Positions 50,901-62,856 of a stretch of 64,000 nucleotides of DNA are shown piece by piece (within the stretch, counting starts at the first letter, position 1; each line of letters begins with the position of its first letter). The translations under genes and the position numbers were made by a program. The stretch covers positions 62,001 through 126,000 of the forward strand of contig CDMY01000288.1 of NCBI GenBank assembly GCA_001179505.1, given 5' to 3'. This DNA is from Vitrella brassicaformis CCMP3155. Lineage: Eukaryota > Protista > Chromerida. The notes under the pieces were generated by a model, which made no database searches, was not told the DNA's origin, and saw only the letters and a program-made list of their open reading frames with translations.

Positions 50901-51956
50901 AAGTCTTGGCACACTTTCTGAAAAAGAGTACGCAAGAAATCATGCTTCTGCTTCCTCTTTTGGCCTGTCGTGTACGAGCTGACCTGAAGGAGTGGTCCCT
51001 CATGATTCTCTTCCAGACGGAGAACATCTTCCATTTGCGGTATTTCGCAAAGAACGAAATGGCAATGATCCGACGATACAGCTCCTGGTCCCTCTGCCAC
51101 TCCTGAGAGGCAGGCCAAAAGCTATCATTCTCCCGGGCCCGATGGATGTGTGTGTCGATGGTCGGTCACTTTCTGACCTGCAGTGTGGTGAATTCGACTT
51201 CCCCGTGGTGGTAGTGAGTCACCCCCCTCAGGCTGATAGTCATGTAGTCGTGCGGATTGATCTTCGAAAACGGGACGATCTGAAACTCATACGGACCTGA
51301 TCTGGGCAAACACACCAAGACAGACATTGCAGACATTGCAGCGTCCGTCCTTTGGTCACTTGCCTGTTCATGTAGCAAAACTCCTCTGTCAGCGACTCAT
51401 GGTTGAGAATGAACTCGACAAAATCGGCGGGATCAATCCAGTTGGGATCTTCCTTGAGGTTGGGCTCCTTCCTCTCCCCCGCCCCCTCCTCCTTCCCTTC
51501 AAGCTCCATTGGCGCCTCGCCCTCCCTCCTCCCAGGACTGACACTCCTCATCGCGCGAACACCGGTCGGCTCCCTTATCGGCAGCGGCTTGACGTTGGTG
51601 TGCGGCACGACCATAGAGGAAGGGGGGAGGGATGCCATCGGCGGCAGGGCGAGCGTCGTGGGAGCTCCTGTAGGGCCAGTTTGTGGCGAGAATGCGAGAA
51701 TCTTGCGGGGAGGGGAGGTGCTGTGTGGGTGAGGGGATAGCTTGCGTGGCTTGTGGCCGGCTTTGCCTCTCACGAGAGGCGATGTGGCCTGGCCCTGGCG
51801 GTACAGCCGCTGGCGCAGGTCCGGCGGGCAGGCGAATGTGCTGGTTGTCTGCATGAGGGACGTGAGGCCCGAGCTGGGGCCGCCGTCTTGTGTGCGGGAC
51901 GTCTGCTCCCATGTCTGTGGACCCTGCCGTTGAGCTGAAGGCTCGATTGGCGCCAT
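35939..51956 (-). CDS. DNAH6: Axonemal inner-arm dynein heavy chain, DNAH6-like
   Basis: Stem [11 protein letters not shown]...[15 protein letters not shown]; AAA1 [10 protein letters not shown]...CVVFNCSD...[17 protein letters not shown]; AAA2 GPTTGGKT; AAA3 GVSGIGKS; AAA4 GVGGSGKQS; stalk and microtubule-binding domain; C-terminus [23 protein letters not shown]...[15 protein letters not shown]. The subtype is assigned from recalled similarity. An in-frame upstream ATG near 52040 is possible. Confidence 0.92.
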
Positions 51957-52152
51957 CCTTTTCGCGATCTCGTGGGGGCGTCCTGGGGGCGCCGAAGGGA
52001 GACTGAAGGAAGCGCGCACGAGGAGCTGCATGCCCATCTGGTTCAGCAACGTGTCCGTCTGCAGCTGATTTCCTATAGCGGGATCTGTGTGCAGCGCTCT
52101 GCTTTGTGCAAAAGAGAGACGGCGGCAGAGACGGCTGTGACCCTGAAGCATC

Positions 52153-55100
52153 ATGCGGGCATACAAGAAGGACAGCTCCGCCACCAACCTGCAGACCGGC
52201 GGCACACAGTCCGACGATGGCAAGGTGAAAGCACGGCAGGCGGCCGACCTCGTCAAGGCGGCCCAGACGCTCATCAAGAAGGCCCAGAACCAGGCGGACT
52301 TCGAGCACATTATCTCCATCCTCACCGATGCCATCACACTGCGGCCGAACCGTGCTGCATACTACTTCACGAGAGGGAGGTGTTTCATCTCGATGGGTCA
52401 GTTTCAGAGGGCTCTCTTTGACTTCTCCATGGCCATTCGGCTGGAGAGCACTGTGGCCAAATACTATGGTAAGTGAGATGCGGGGAGGGATGGACGTGTC
52501 TGTTTGATGGTTGGTGGTTTGGTGATCTGCAGGGAGCCGTGGGTACTGTTTCAGGAAACTGGGGCGGATCCAAGAGGCCCTCAAGGTGACATTCTTGCAC
52601 ACAAAATCAGAAGGCCACGTCTCGCTGCACATGTATCATTTCGCAACGGCAGGATTATAACGACGCCGTGCGCTATGAGAAGGAGAACCCCGAGTACTAC
52701 TTTTCCCGTGCGCTGGTGTATTTCGACCTGGAGGACTTCCAGACCGCTATCAATGACTTCAGCCAGGCCCTCGACAAGCGCCTGTCTGCACCATTCAAGG
52801 CTTTCTTCCACAGGGGCATGTGTTATCGCAGGGTCAAGAGGCTGGACGAGAGTCTCAAGGACCTGAAGCACGCATTGTCCCTCGACAACAGCCATGCAGA
52901 GGCGCACAACCAGCTGGGGCTTTCACTGTGTGAGGCGAAGGACTATCAGACGGCCAGCAGCGAATTCACATCTGTGAGCAACGAGATAGAGAGAGAGGGA
53001 CACACCCTTCCTTCGCCACACAGCACTTTCCACTTTGCTCATGCAGGCGTTGGAGTTGCTGCATGAGACACAGCCGTCCGATGTGGCTCTCACGGCCAAG
53101 TACCACTCCAACAGAGGGCTGGCGCTTGACAAGATGGGCCAGCACCACCTTGCTCTAGACGACTTCACTGCGGCCATTGAGAGAGACGACACCGAGCCAC
53201 ACTACTTCTTCAACCGGGTGAGGCGGAGAGCCGGACATAGACACACGTGGCATTCATTTGTACTGCATGTCTGTCTTTCCTTTCCCGTCTTCGTGTAGGG
53301 CAACTGTCAGTATGCGTTGAAGGCCTTCGATGCGGCGATTGAGGACTACTCCGCCGCTGTCAAGCTTGACCCCAAAAAGGCAGTCTACTGGCACCACATC
53401 GGGCGAGAGGAGAGAGAGAGACACAGCACCTATGCAATGCCCTCTCTCTCATTGTTCTGTTGTCCCGGTTCTGTGCTGCCCGTAGGTTGGGGTATCAGGC
53501 GCTGGAGCAGATCGAGAGGGCCATACAGTACTTCCAGAAGGCCCTCGAGAAGGACACGGCACACCACCCATCTAGATTTCACATGGGGCTCATGTACCAC
53601 AGGGGAAAGGAGGTGAGATCGTGTAGACGTTCGGACCTCGGTGCTCATTCAAGTGTGTGTGTGTCAGTATGACAAGGCCCTGGAGGCATTTGCTGAGGTG
53701 CCAGCGACCGAGGCCTTGTACGAGGCCCGCGGTAAGGTGTACTGCGACATGAACACACAAGACGCCTACCAAAAGGTCGGCCGGGAGACAACCACACATC
53801 CGCCGCTGCAAACACCCTTTCCCCTCCTCCCGCTCTCACCCAGGCGTACGATGACTTCCACCTGGCCATATCTGTAAAGCCCCTGAACGCCTTGCACTAC
53901 TACAACCGCGGCACTGTGCTGCACCTGATGAAGAGACACCAGGACGCGCTGCAAGACTTCAACAAGGCCCTCATTCTAGGGGAGGGGGGCCAGCTGCCAA
54001 CCGAAGAGCCCGCAGAAAGGGATGAGAGGGCGGAGGCAGTTGAGGAGGAGAGGGAGAGGGAGAGGGCACCGAGTGTCGTGGCAAAAGAAGACAAAGACAA
54101 AGAGAAGGAGAAGGAGAGGGAGAAGGTGCCGACCCTGAGCAACAGGGAGCTGGCCAGGATATACAGCGACCGGGGGCTGGCATGGAGGTGAGTGAGGTGA
54201 CCTGAGGTGAGCTGCGTACAGATAGACAAGACATCACCCAAGTAGTGGCACAAATATTGTATATGTCTGTTTGTCTGTGTGCGGTGCGCGCCAGAGCATT
54301 GGGCAATCTGCCTCAGGCTGTTGAGGACCTCACAGTGGCTGTGGCCAAGTGCGGCCCTCTGGTGAGTGAAGACGGCACACCCCCATCGCCTGAGGTGACC
54401 GAGTACCTCGCTACAAGAGCACAGTGTTTCTTCGAACAGGTAAGCAAGCAACATTGAAACATTGAAAGGGACACACGCCGAGACACATGAAGACAGGGCA
54501 GATGTATGTGTGTTTGTATGTGCGTGTGTGTCAAGGGACTGTATGACCGTGGTGAGATGGACCTGACGACTGCCTTGGGCGTCAGCCCATCCGACCCCCA
54601 CCTCTCCTACAAACGGGGGCTCACACGGTCAGTCACAAAATAAAGTGCACGATCCATCCATGCGCACAGATAGATGGAGGGAAGCGTCTCTGTCGTGTTG
54701 GTCGTCCCTGCCTGTCTGCAGGTATGCCCAGGGCGAGCACCGGTATGTGCACGTGATAATGGATCTCAAGAGGGCCATTGCCAACAACCTCGCAGCACCC
54801 CACCAGGCCGACCTCTACTACCACATGGGACTCGCATACGCTAACCTTGGTGATGAGTAGGGAGGGAAATGCCATGCATGCCGCCGAGAGAGACACAAGG
54901 AAGCTGTGCGTGTGTGTGTGCATCAGGTAAGCATCCGCTCGCAGTGCCGTGTTTTGACGCCGCTGTGAAGCGGAGTGGGGACAAGCCACACTACATGCAC
55001 GAACGGGCCAAGAGCCTTCAGGTCACACACACACACACACACACCCCTATACGGTCACACGATGCCTAACACCACAGCACGTGTCAGGTCTCGCCATGTC

Positions 55101-55528
55101 TCACACTCAGGTTGTGGGTGACCATCTCCACGCGTTGGAGGACTTCACTCGTGTGCTGGAGGTGCAGCCGAGGAACGCCCGCGCACTGTTCAGGCGGGCC
55201 TTCTCATACAAAGCTCTCAAGGCATACGAAGAGGCTGCCGACGTACGTACTGTGCGTCGACTCACTGTCAGTGGTGTCAGGATGCTCAAATACGAATGTG
55301 TGTGTGTGTGCGTGTGTGTCTAAGGACTTTGAGTCCGCCAAGGAGTACGAGCCGTCCGACCCCCGGCTGGTGGTCAACTATCGTCAGGTGCACCACGTCA
55401 GGTGCATCGTGCTGGGCCCCGCGGGTCACGAAGACCCCTCCACTGCCATGCAGCACCAACAGGACGACAGCAAGGGTGTGGGGGTTGGCCAGTATGGTGG
55501 GGCGCAGCTTGTGACCACGGCCGCGTGA
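52153..55528 (+). CDS. Multi-TPR-repeat protein
   Basis: Many spliced TPR motifs: AAYYFTRGRCFISMGQFQRALFDFSMAIRL, YHSNRGLALDKMGQHHLALDDFTAAI, LHYYNRGTVLHLMKRHQDALQDFNKAL, ARALFRRAFSYKALKAYEEAADDF. Confidence 0.88.
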
Positions 55529-56077
55529 GTTTGTGTGTCGGTGTTGTGTTGTACAGTTGTGTGAAGGCAGAATAAGTTGATGTACTGGTGAACGCATGGC
55601 GGATGGTGGTCTGTCTGTTTGTCCAAGGCATACATGGCTACAGCCATGCACAAAACAGGCAATCAAGGAGGGCACGAGGAGGGAGGGTGCACGCAAAATC
55701 CAGCCAGCAAGCTTTGGTTGGCACCTCACGAAGCCACTCATTCACTCACTCTGTCTGCCGTATTCACACAACCTTCCTTCACTAGCAGCCAGCATGGAGG
55801 AAGGAATCGATGGGATGGATGAGTGAGTGAACGCTATACACACTGACTGACCGACCGACCGACCTACGCCAATACGTCAGCCAGCCAGCTTCGACTCAGA
55901 CAAGGGAGTAGCCAGGCAAAGGAGGCAAGTCCGTACCCAATTACACAGATAGATAATAGCATAGCATAGCGTAGCAGCATGGACCAGGTGCGTGAGCCAG
56001 CCAGAGCCCGACGGCCTTTCCCGGGCCTGGCAGGCCTCACACACGCGGTATGTACACACAGACACCTCCGGGTCGGG

Positions 56078-58937
56078 TCACAGCTCCGTCTTGAGCTTGA
56101 GAAGCTCCGGCTCTTTGTCGAGTTTGTTGGGCATGGAGTCGCCCCCGATGACCCCATCAATGAAGGAAGACAGCGCACCCGACTCCCAAGTGTCGCCCTC
56201 ATACAGCTGTGTGACAGACAGACAGACAGACAGACACATATGGGTTTGTGTGCTGCGCCATGGGTGAGGTGAGTGGGGTGAAAGCCACGTCAGTCAGTCA
56301 CCTTAAATTTCCGCCTCTTTGGCCTGTACGCGACGAATTTGTGGCACATTTCCGGCGAGCTGCTGTTGCACCCACTGGCCAACCCAAAGGCAGCGACAAA
56401 CTGGGGCTGATGGATGACCACACACATTACATTCAGAACACACCACACCACACACACCGTATTACCTACCGGCGAGTTGTGTGTGGTTTGTTGTATACGC
56501 ACCCACCTGTTGTGTCGCGTCGACCCAGACGACCTTGATAGGGTCTCGTTTGTACCGTTCCGCCAGCTTCTTGACCGTCTCGTGCACACCCTCATCCACA
56601 CTCCCGCCGTACTTGAACAAGATGAAACAATACTGCAGGCAGTAACGGACACACACACACACACACTTTGGTCATTTTCGTGGACCCAGCCCCTCCCTCA
56701 CCTGTCCATCTGATGGTGCGCACTCTCCGTTGGTGGTCCGCCTCTTCGTCAGCTCCCGGAAAGACCCTCCAGTGCCGCCGTACGGACCCTGAGACGCTCG
56801 TTGCTGCACACAGCCATACACAAAGGAAGGGAGACAGAGAGGGGGGCGTGACTTCCTCCTGCATTGTGTGTAAGTATCTTGCCGGCTCGTTGCTCACTTG
56901 TGCGACGATTCGGCTGAACGAGAGCGAGAGCACCTCACGATTCGCTGTCGCCTTGAGCCACTCACCCTGCACACCACCACACAACACAGTGGATGTCACA
57001 TCCACTCATGCTCCCTCCCTCCCTCCCTCCGTCCGACCGTCCGTCCGTCAGAGCGTACCGTCAGCTTGTCGAAGTCCTGCAGGTGCAAAATGCTGGGAAA
57101 CTTTGGCGGCTTGAACCGGTCCACCACGTCCTTGTCGCTGGCAAACACCACAGCCATCGACAGCCGCGGGGGCGTCTTGAACTCCTTTGCGAGGGCCTTG
57201 AAGAGAGGCGGGACGGCCTTTTTGTCGGTGAAGAGAACGACTTTAGCCAGTGATGAGTCGCTGTTGATGAAGTCGTTGATGTTTTTGGTGGTGAGGGTGG
57301 TGCTGTGGGAGGGGAGCCGGCGGGAGAGCCAGTGACCGATCGCTGCCGATGTCCTGCACACACAGAGAGAGAGAGAGAGAGACCGGCGAGTGGAGTCAAG
57401 TGGAGTGGAAAGGCTCTCTCTCTCTCTCTGTCTTTCTATCTCCGTGTGTGCGCCTGTGTGTGTGTGTGTACCTTTCGCCTTCGTATACAACTGGAGGTTT
57501 TTCTTTGTCTTCTGGGAAGAGGTACACCGTGGGGTAGCCCGTGACTTGCATCTCCTCACACACGTCCCGGTGCTTCTCGCAATTCACTGCCGCCACCTGC
57601 ACGGACGGATTTGATGTGTGCAGCCATGTAGAACAAAGAAGCGAGGATCCCTTGACATGCTCGTCGCGTGTGTGTGTGTGTGTGTCTGTGAGTGTGTGTG
57701 CCGACCGGCACGATTCCCTTCATCTTGGTTGCCAGCTTGGCGTAGTCATCCTTCATCTCTTTGCAGTGGCCGCACCATGGTGCGTAGAACTCTACCTGAA
57801 GAGTGACATCACACACAGCGTCAGTCAGGATGTGCCTCTGACTGAATGCTCTCCTACACGCGGAAGCTTCCACTCACCAGCATGACCCAGTCGCGGTCGT
57901 TGATTTCCTTCTCGAAGTTGCCGCTGCCCAGCTGCAGCACGTCTGTGTCGTCGTAGAGGTTGTGGCTCGGCCGCTGCTCCTGACGAGCACGCTGACGACC
58001 ACCACCACCACCACCACCAAACCCTACACACCGACACCGATATCAATCAGGCAATCACTGGCTACAGACAGACGCCGGTGTCCTGTCGTGTCAGTGTGAC
58101 TGACCTCCGAAGCCCCCTCCGCCTCCGCCGAACTGGAAATGGACCCGGCCACCACCGCCACCGAAAAACTGCCTGCAGTGCAGTGCAGTGCAGGGTAGAG
58201 CAGACAACACAGACAGACAACACAGACAGACACACGGATGGGATGGTCAGTCAAAGTGCTGGATGCATCGATGGGATGCATCCGATGACAAACTGCCTGA
58301 CTGACGTACTCGAAGACAGTGAAAGGGTCCTGGAACCCCTGTCCGCCGCCGCCGCCGTGCTGTTGCTGCTGCTTGAGGCCCTCCTCGCCATAGCGATCGT
58401 AGATCTGACGCTTCTCGCTGTCACTCAAAACCTGCACACGCAGTACGTGATGAATGAATAAAGGCAGGCAGAGAGGGAGAGAGGGAGATGTTGTCTGTGT
58501 GTCTGTCTGTCTGTCTGTCCGGTGTGTCGTTGCTGACTTCATATGCGTTGGCGAGGTCCATGAATTTCTCCTGCGCTTTGGGGTCGTCGGGATTCTTATC
58601 GGGATGCAGCTGCTTGGACTTCTCGCGATACGCCTGGGGGCATGACGGCATGACGGACGGCAGCATGAAACACACAGATCCCACACAGCAATGGAATAGA
58701 AGAATCAGAGATATCAGAGATGGTGTGACGTATAGGTGCTTCTCTGTGTGATGGGTGCTGCCTGACTGTCAGCGAGTGACTGGCTGACTGCCAGACCTTC
58801 TTCATTTCGTCATCAGTGGCCTTCCTGGACACGCCCAAAATGCGATAGTAGTCCCTGCCTCTCCCCTGACCCAACACGGGCGCCACAGCCACCAGCAGCA
58901 ACGACAACACTGACAGCACACTCCCAATCAGCTCCAT
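56078..58937 (-). CDS. ER-luminal J-domain plus thioredoxin protein (PfJ2/ERdj3A-like architecture)
   Basis: Signal peptide, DYYRILGV...LHPDKN J-domain, Gly/Phe-rich linker, [11 protein letters not shown] thioredoxin site, further thioredoxin-like folds without CxxC, and C-terminal KTEL*. Confidence 0.9.
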
Positions 58938-59512
58938 TGTTCGTTCTGAGCGATACTCTACGCCTTCATTCTCTCCCGCACAGACAGGCAGATGTCTGCA
59001 AACAAGCTTCTCGATCTCAGATGCGAAGCAATCTCACGCTGATGCGCTGCTCGACGCTGCCGAAAACGCTGCCTCTTTCTGTCTGTCGGTGACGTGTGAG
59101 TGGATCGACGATCCACTGGGGAAAAGAAGATGTCGCAAAGGGCCGCTTTTGCTTTGTGGAGCTTACGCAGCTGACACTCGAGTATAGAGGTACACCAGCA
59201 ACCTTCCGGGGGAGCGGAAAAGCTCCTGCTGGCCTAGCTCGCAGACGGTCGGCTGGAAAAAGGAGTCGGAGGGACATTGGAGGTACTACCGGGGAGGAAT
59301 CATCTTTGCGGGACGCTGAGTTGGCTTCTCTCATCACGGGAGGGCTGTCTGTGCCGGAGAAGACAGGTACTAAGAAGCGGAAAGACACTGGAGGAAGATC
59401 AAGATGCATGCCATGTGACTGCCATGTGGCAACTGACTGACACATATCCTTCTCTCCCTTTGTCGTTCAGCCACTTCTCTGCAGCTAGCCGGCCACACAG
59501 CTGACTGAGCGA

Positions 59513-61296
59513 ATGAACACCACCCGCCAGGGTCAGCCTCACCACCCGCCGTCCCAGTGGCGGCGCAAAGGCCCTGCAGCGGCAGCGCACCCTATCCCCC
59601 ACACACACCCACCGACACATCCGCCCACTCCTCAGCACACTCATGACGCCCACAGCGAGATGGTGAACGGCGCTCTGCCCAACGGCGTGCACCCCTACCC
59701 CATCCACGACGGCATCGTAGCGATGGAGGTGGCTGCCGGTGCGGGTCGAGGCGCCAAGAGCCGCGGGCGGAACAATCGCAGCAGGAAGAACAGGCGGGGA
59801 GGGAGGGGGGGCGCGGGAGCGGGTGGTCAGCAGGGGGTGGAGAATGGCCATGTGGGTGACGCCGCTGCTGCCGGTGGGCCTGTCGAGACGTCGGTGCTCC
59901 ACAACGGCCATGGCCTCAACGGCCACCCACCACAGCCCCCTCAGCACCACCAGCACGCAGAAGAAGAGGATGAGGAGGCTGCGGATGATGGCGAGGGTCA
60001 GGAGGGCGCCAACCCCATTAGCCGTCTGCCCATGCACCCCTCCAACTCGCACCATGATCGCTATCGCCGCGTGCAGGACGATGACCACGAAGAGATGTCC
60101 TTCTCCCGGCCATCCTCTTCGCCCAGCCCCATCTCACGGAGCAACGACCCATTGCACGGCGTGAGAGAGACGTTGCCCGAGACCTTCCAGGCCGTGGCTG
60201 CGCAGAACGGCGATCAGCAGCAGAGGGGGGCGGAGGGTGAGTTGAATCGCCTGCGTGTGCCGGGTGGTTTGACTGAGAGGCATTTGCGCCGCTCGCCGCC
60301 GAGTTTCCCGACGTCTGGTTCGTCGAATAAGCAGCACGAGCCTGAGGAGGAGCTGAGTCTCATGAACATCGCTGACTCCATGGAGAAGATCATCAAGGTG
60401 CGTGAGAGAGCGAGGGGAGGAGAGGAGAACAGGCCGGAGAAACAGAGAGAGGGTGAATGCCATCCATCCATTTGTGTGTGTGGTGGTGGGTCCGTCCACG
60501 CAGGAGTTGGGTGAGGATCCCAGCCGTGACGGTCTGTTGAAGACGCCCATGCGTTATGCAGAGTCGATGTCGTATCTCACGTCGGGATACAAGCAGAAGC
60601 TGGCAGGTAAGGAAGTGACGCGCAGAAAGCCACCAGAAGAACGCAAGAAGCGTGTGTGTTTGTGTGTGTGTGTGTGTGTTGGTTGTGGGATGGCTCGGAT
60701 GGATGGCCAGATGTGGTCAACGACGCCATCTTTGATGTGGACTGCAAGGAGATGGTCATAGTGCGGGACATCAACATATTCTCGCTCTGTGAGCACCACC
60801 TGCTGCCCTTCATGGGCAAATGCGACATCGGGTCGGCACACACACACATACACACACACACGGACACAGACAGACACACTCGCGCAGCGCATACTGACAA
60901 GAGAGAAATTAAGGCGAGTGGACGCGTGTGTGTGTGTGTGTGTGGTTGCAGGTATATTCCCAACGGGAAGGTGTTGGGCCTGTCGAAGCTTGCGAGGATC
61001 GCTGAAATGTTCTCCAGGAGGCTGCAGGTCAGCCAACGCATTCCATTCACCCGCCGTGTCCGGCCGGATGAGATGTCGGTGTTGTGTTGTGTTCTGCTTG
61101 TGCGTGTGCAGGTGCAGGAGCGTCTGTGCAAGGAGATTGCCGAGGCCATCGACGAGGCCGTCAAGCCCCTGGGCGTGGGCGTCGTCATACGCGCCACGTA
61201 CGAACGGAACCGACCGACCGACAAAACCATAAGCTAGACAGACAGCGGCCGACACACACACACACATCCACACACATCGACACAAACTTGTGTGCA

Positions 61297-61328
<32 letters not shown>

Positions 61329-61573
61329 TTCAGGCACATGTGCATGGTGATGCGTGGCGTGTCGAAGCCGGGCGCTCTCACCATCACCAGCGCCGTCCTC
61401 GGCTGCTTCAGGTGGGTGGGTGGGTACACGACGCCATCCATCCATCCATCCATCCACCCACCATGGCTCTGTCTGTCTGTCTGTCTGTGTGTGTGATTGT
61501 CAGGCGTCAGCACAAGACCCGTGCCGAGTTTTTGAACCTGATCGCCCAGGACAGACGGGACATCTTCTCATAG
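59513..61573 (+). CDS. GCH1: GTP cyclohydrolase I with a long low-complexity N-terminal extension
   Basis: [52 protein letters not shown]...[18 protein letters not shown] and KTRAEFL across GT-AG-spliced exons. Confidence 0.95.
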
Positions 61574-62856
61574 GCAGGCAGGCAGGCAGACACACCACCA
61601 TGATGACATACATGGCTGCATCCATCGTGTCGGCCCCTTTTCCTCCACGAGGAGGCACGGACCGGACGGTCACATCGCACACAACGGAGACAGACAGGAG
61701 AGAGAGGTGGGGGCTCGTCTCGTCCGTGCTGTAGGCAGAGAAGAGAGAGAGAGGTGTCATGGTTCGATTGGGCCGGGGGTTCGGATTTTTCAACTGAGTT
61801 GCGGGCTGTCTGTGTGTCTGACTGTTTGCCATAATCACATCAATGATCTCATCGGTTTTGCACTCACTGGCCCGCATGAGCACGTGTGTGTGTAGATACT
61901 CCTCACTATCTCACTTTCCCGCCTTCGAGCCGTTGCTGTCAATAGTGTCACCCACCACTATCGTCTGATGCCGCTTGCTCTTGGTTGCTCGTCTTTCTAG
62001 GCCCTCTGTCGCCTGACACGGTACGGTGCTGCTCCAGCAGAAGAACCGATGCAGGCCTGGGGCCGGATTGGCCTGTATTCTCTCTCTCTCTCTCTCTCAT
62101 CGCTGCGTGTGGTGTGTTGTGCTTGGATGCACTGCATGCGAAAGAGCTGCACGTCATGTTTGTTGCGGTCAGCCGCCCGCTGCATGTCGTGTGGATGGAC
62201 GGACATGCCTTTCTGCCTGCCGGAGAAAGAGTTTTCAAGTGAGGATTTTGTCGTCGAGCGCGTGTACGTGTGCGTGTGCGTGTGCGTGGCAATGACAGTG
62301 ACAATGACACAATGGAAATCAGGGCTCGGAGCGTGATATAGAGGCTGATGATATACTTATAAAGGGAAGCATCCACACGGAGGTCTTGAAGGCATAGAGC
62401 TATTGCAACACACACACACACACACACATGAAAGATGTAAGAGTGTCCTGTTACCACCCAACCACCCCACCCGCCCTCCGTCCCGCCGATACATCTGTAT
62501 GCACACGCGTAGATAGAGAGGGTATACAAATATGAACGAACCAGCCAAGCCAGAGTGGATAAAATATCGTTGCCTTGCCAGAGGCAAAAAGTTGAATCCG
62601 CTTCATCGATCTCGCTCCACCAGCCAGCCCTTTCCCAGCCAGCACACATACATATCAGAAGATAGGCAGAGCCATCCTTCCTAAGGAATTGGCCACACCC
62701 TCCTGCACTAACGAAGATCCCCCAACCATAGCTACCAAAACCGATAGATCATCGAGAGAAAAACAAAACCTGGGCAGGGCATCACGCCCTCACGCACCGT
62801 TCGCCCGCCTGACTGCCCCCATGTGGTCTGCCCGTGTGGTGTGTCGGTGTCGGTGC

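Noticed and set aside
51957-52152. RFX X-box in the dynein/TPR promoter
   Set aside because: Only a weak half-site (GTTCAGCAAC) is present, and RFX regulation is not established for this lineage.
61948-62649. 233-aa minus-strand ORF with hydrophobic segments
   Set aside because: It runs through several microsatellites, and no motif or consistent exon chain was found. A small real gene cannot be excluded.
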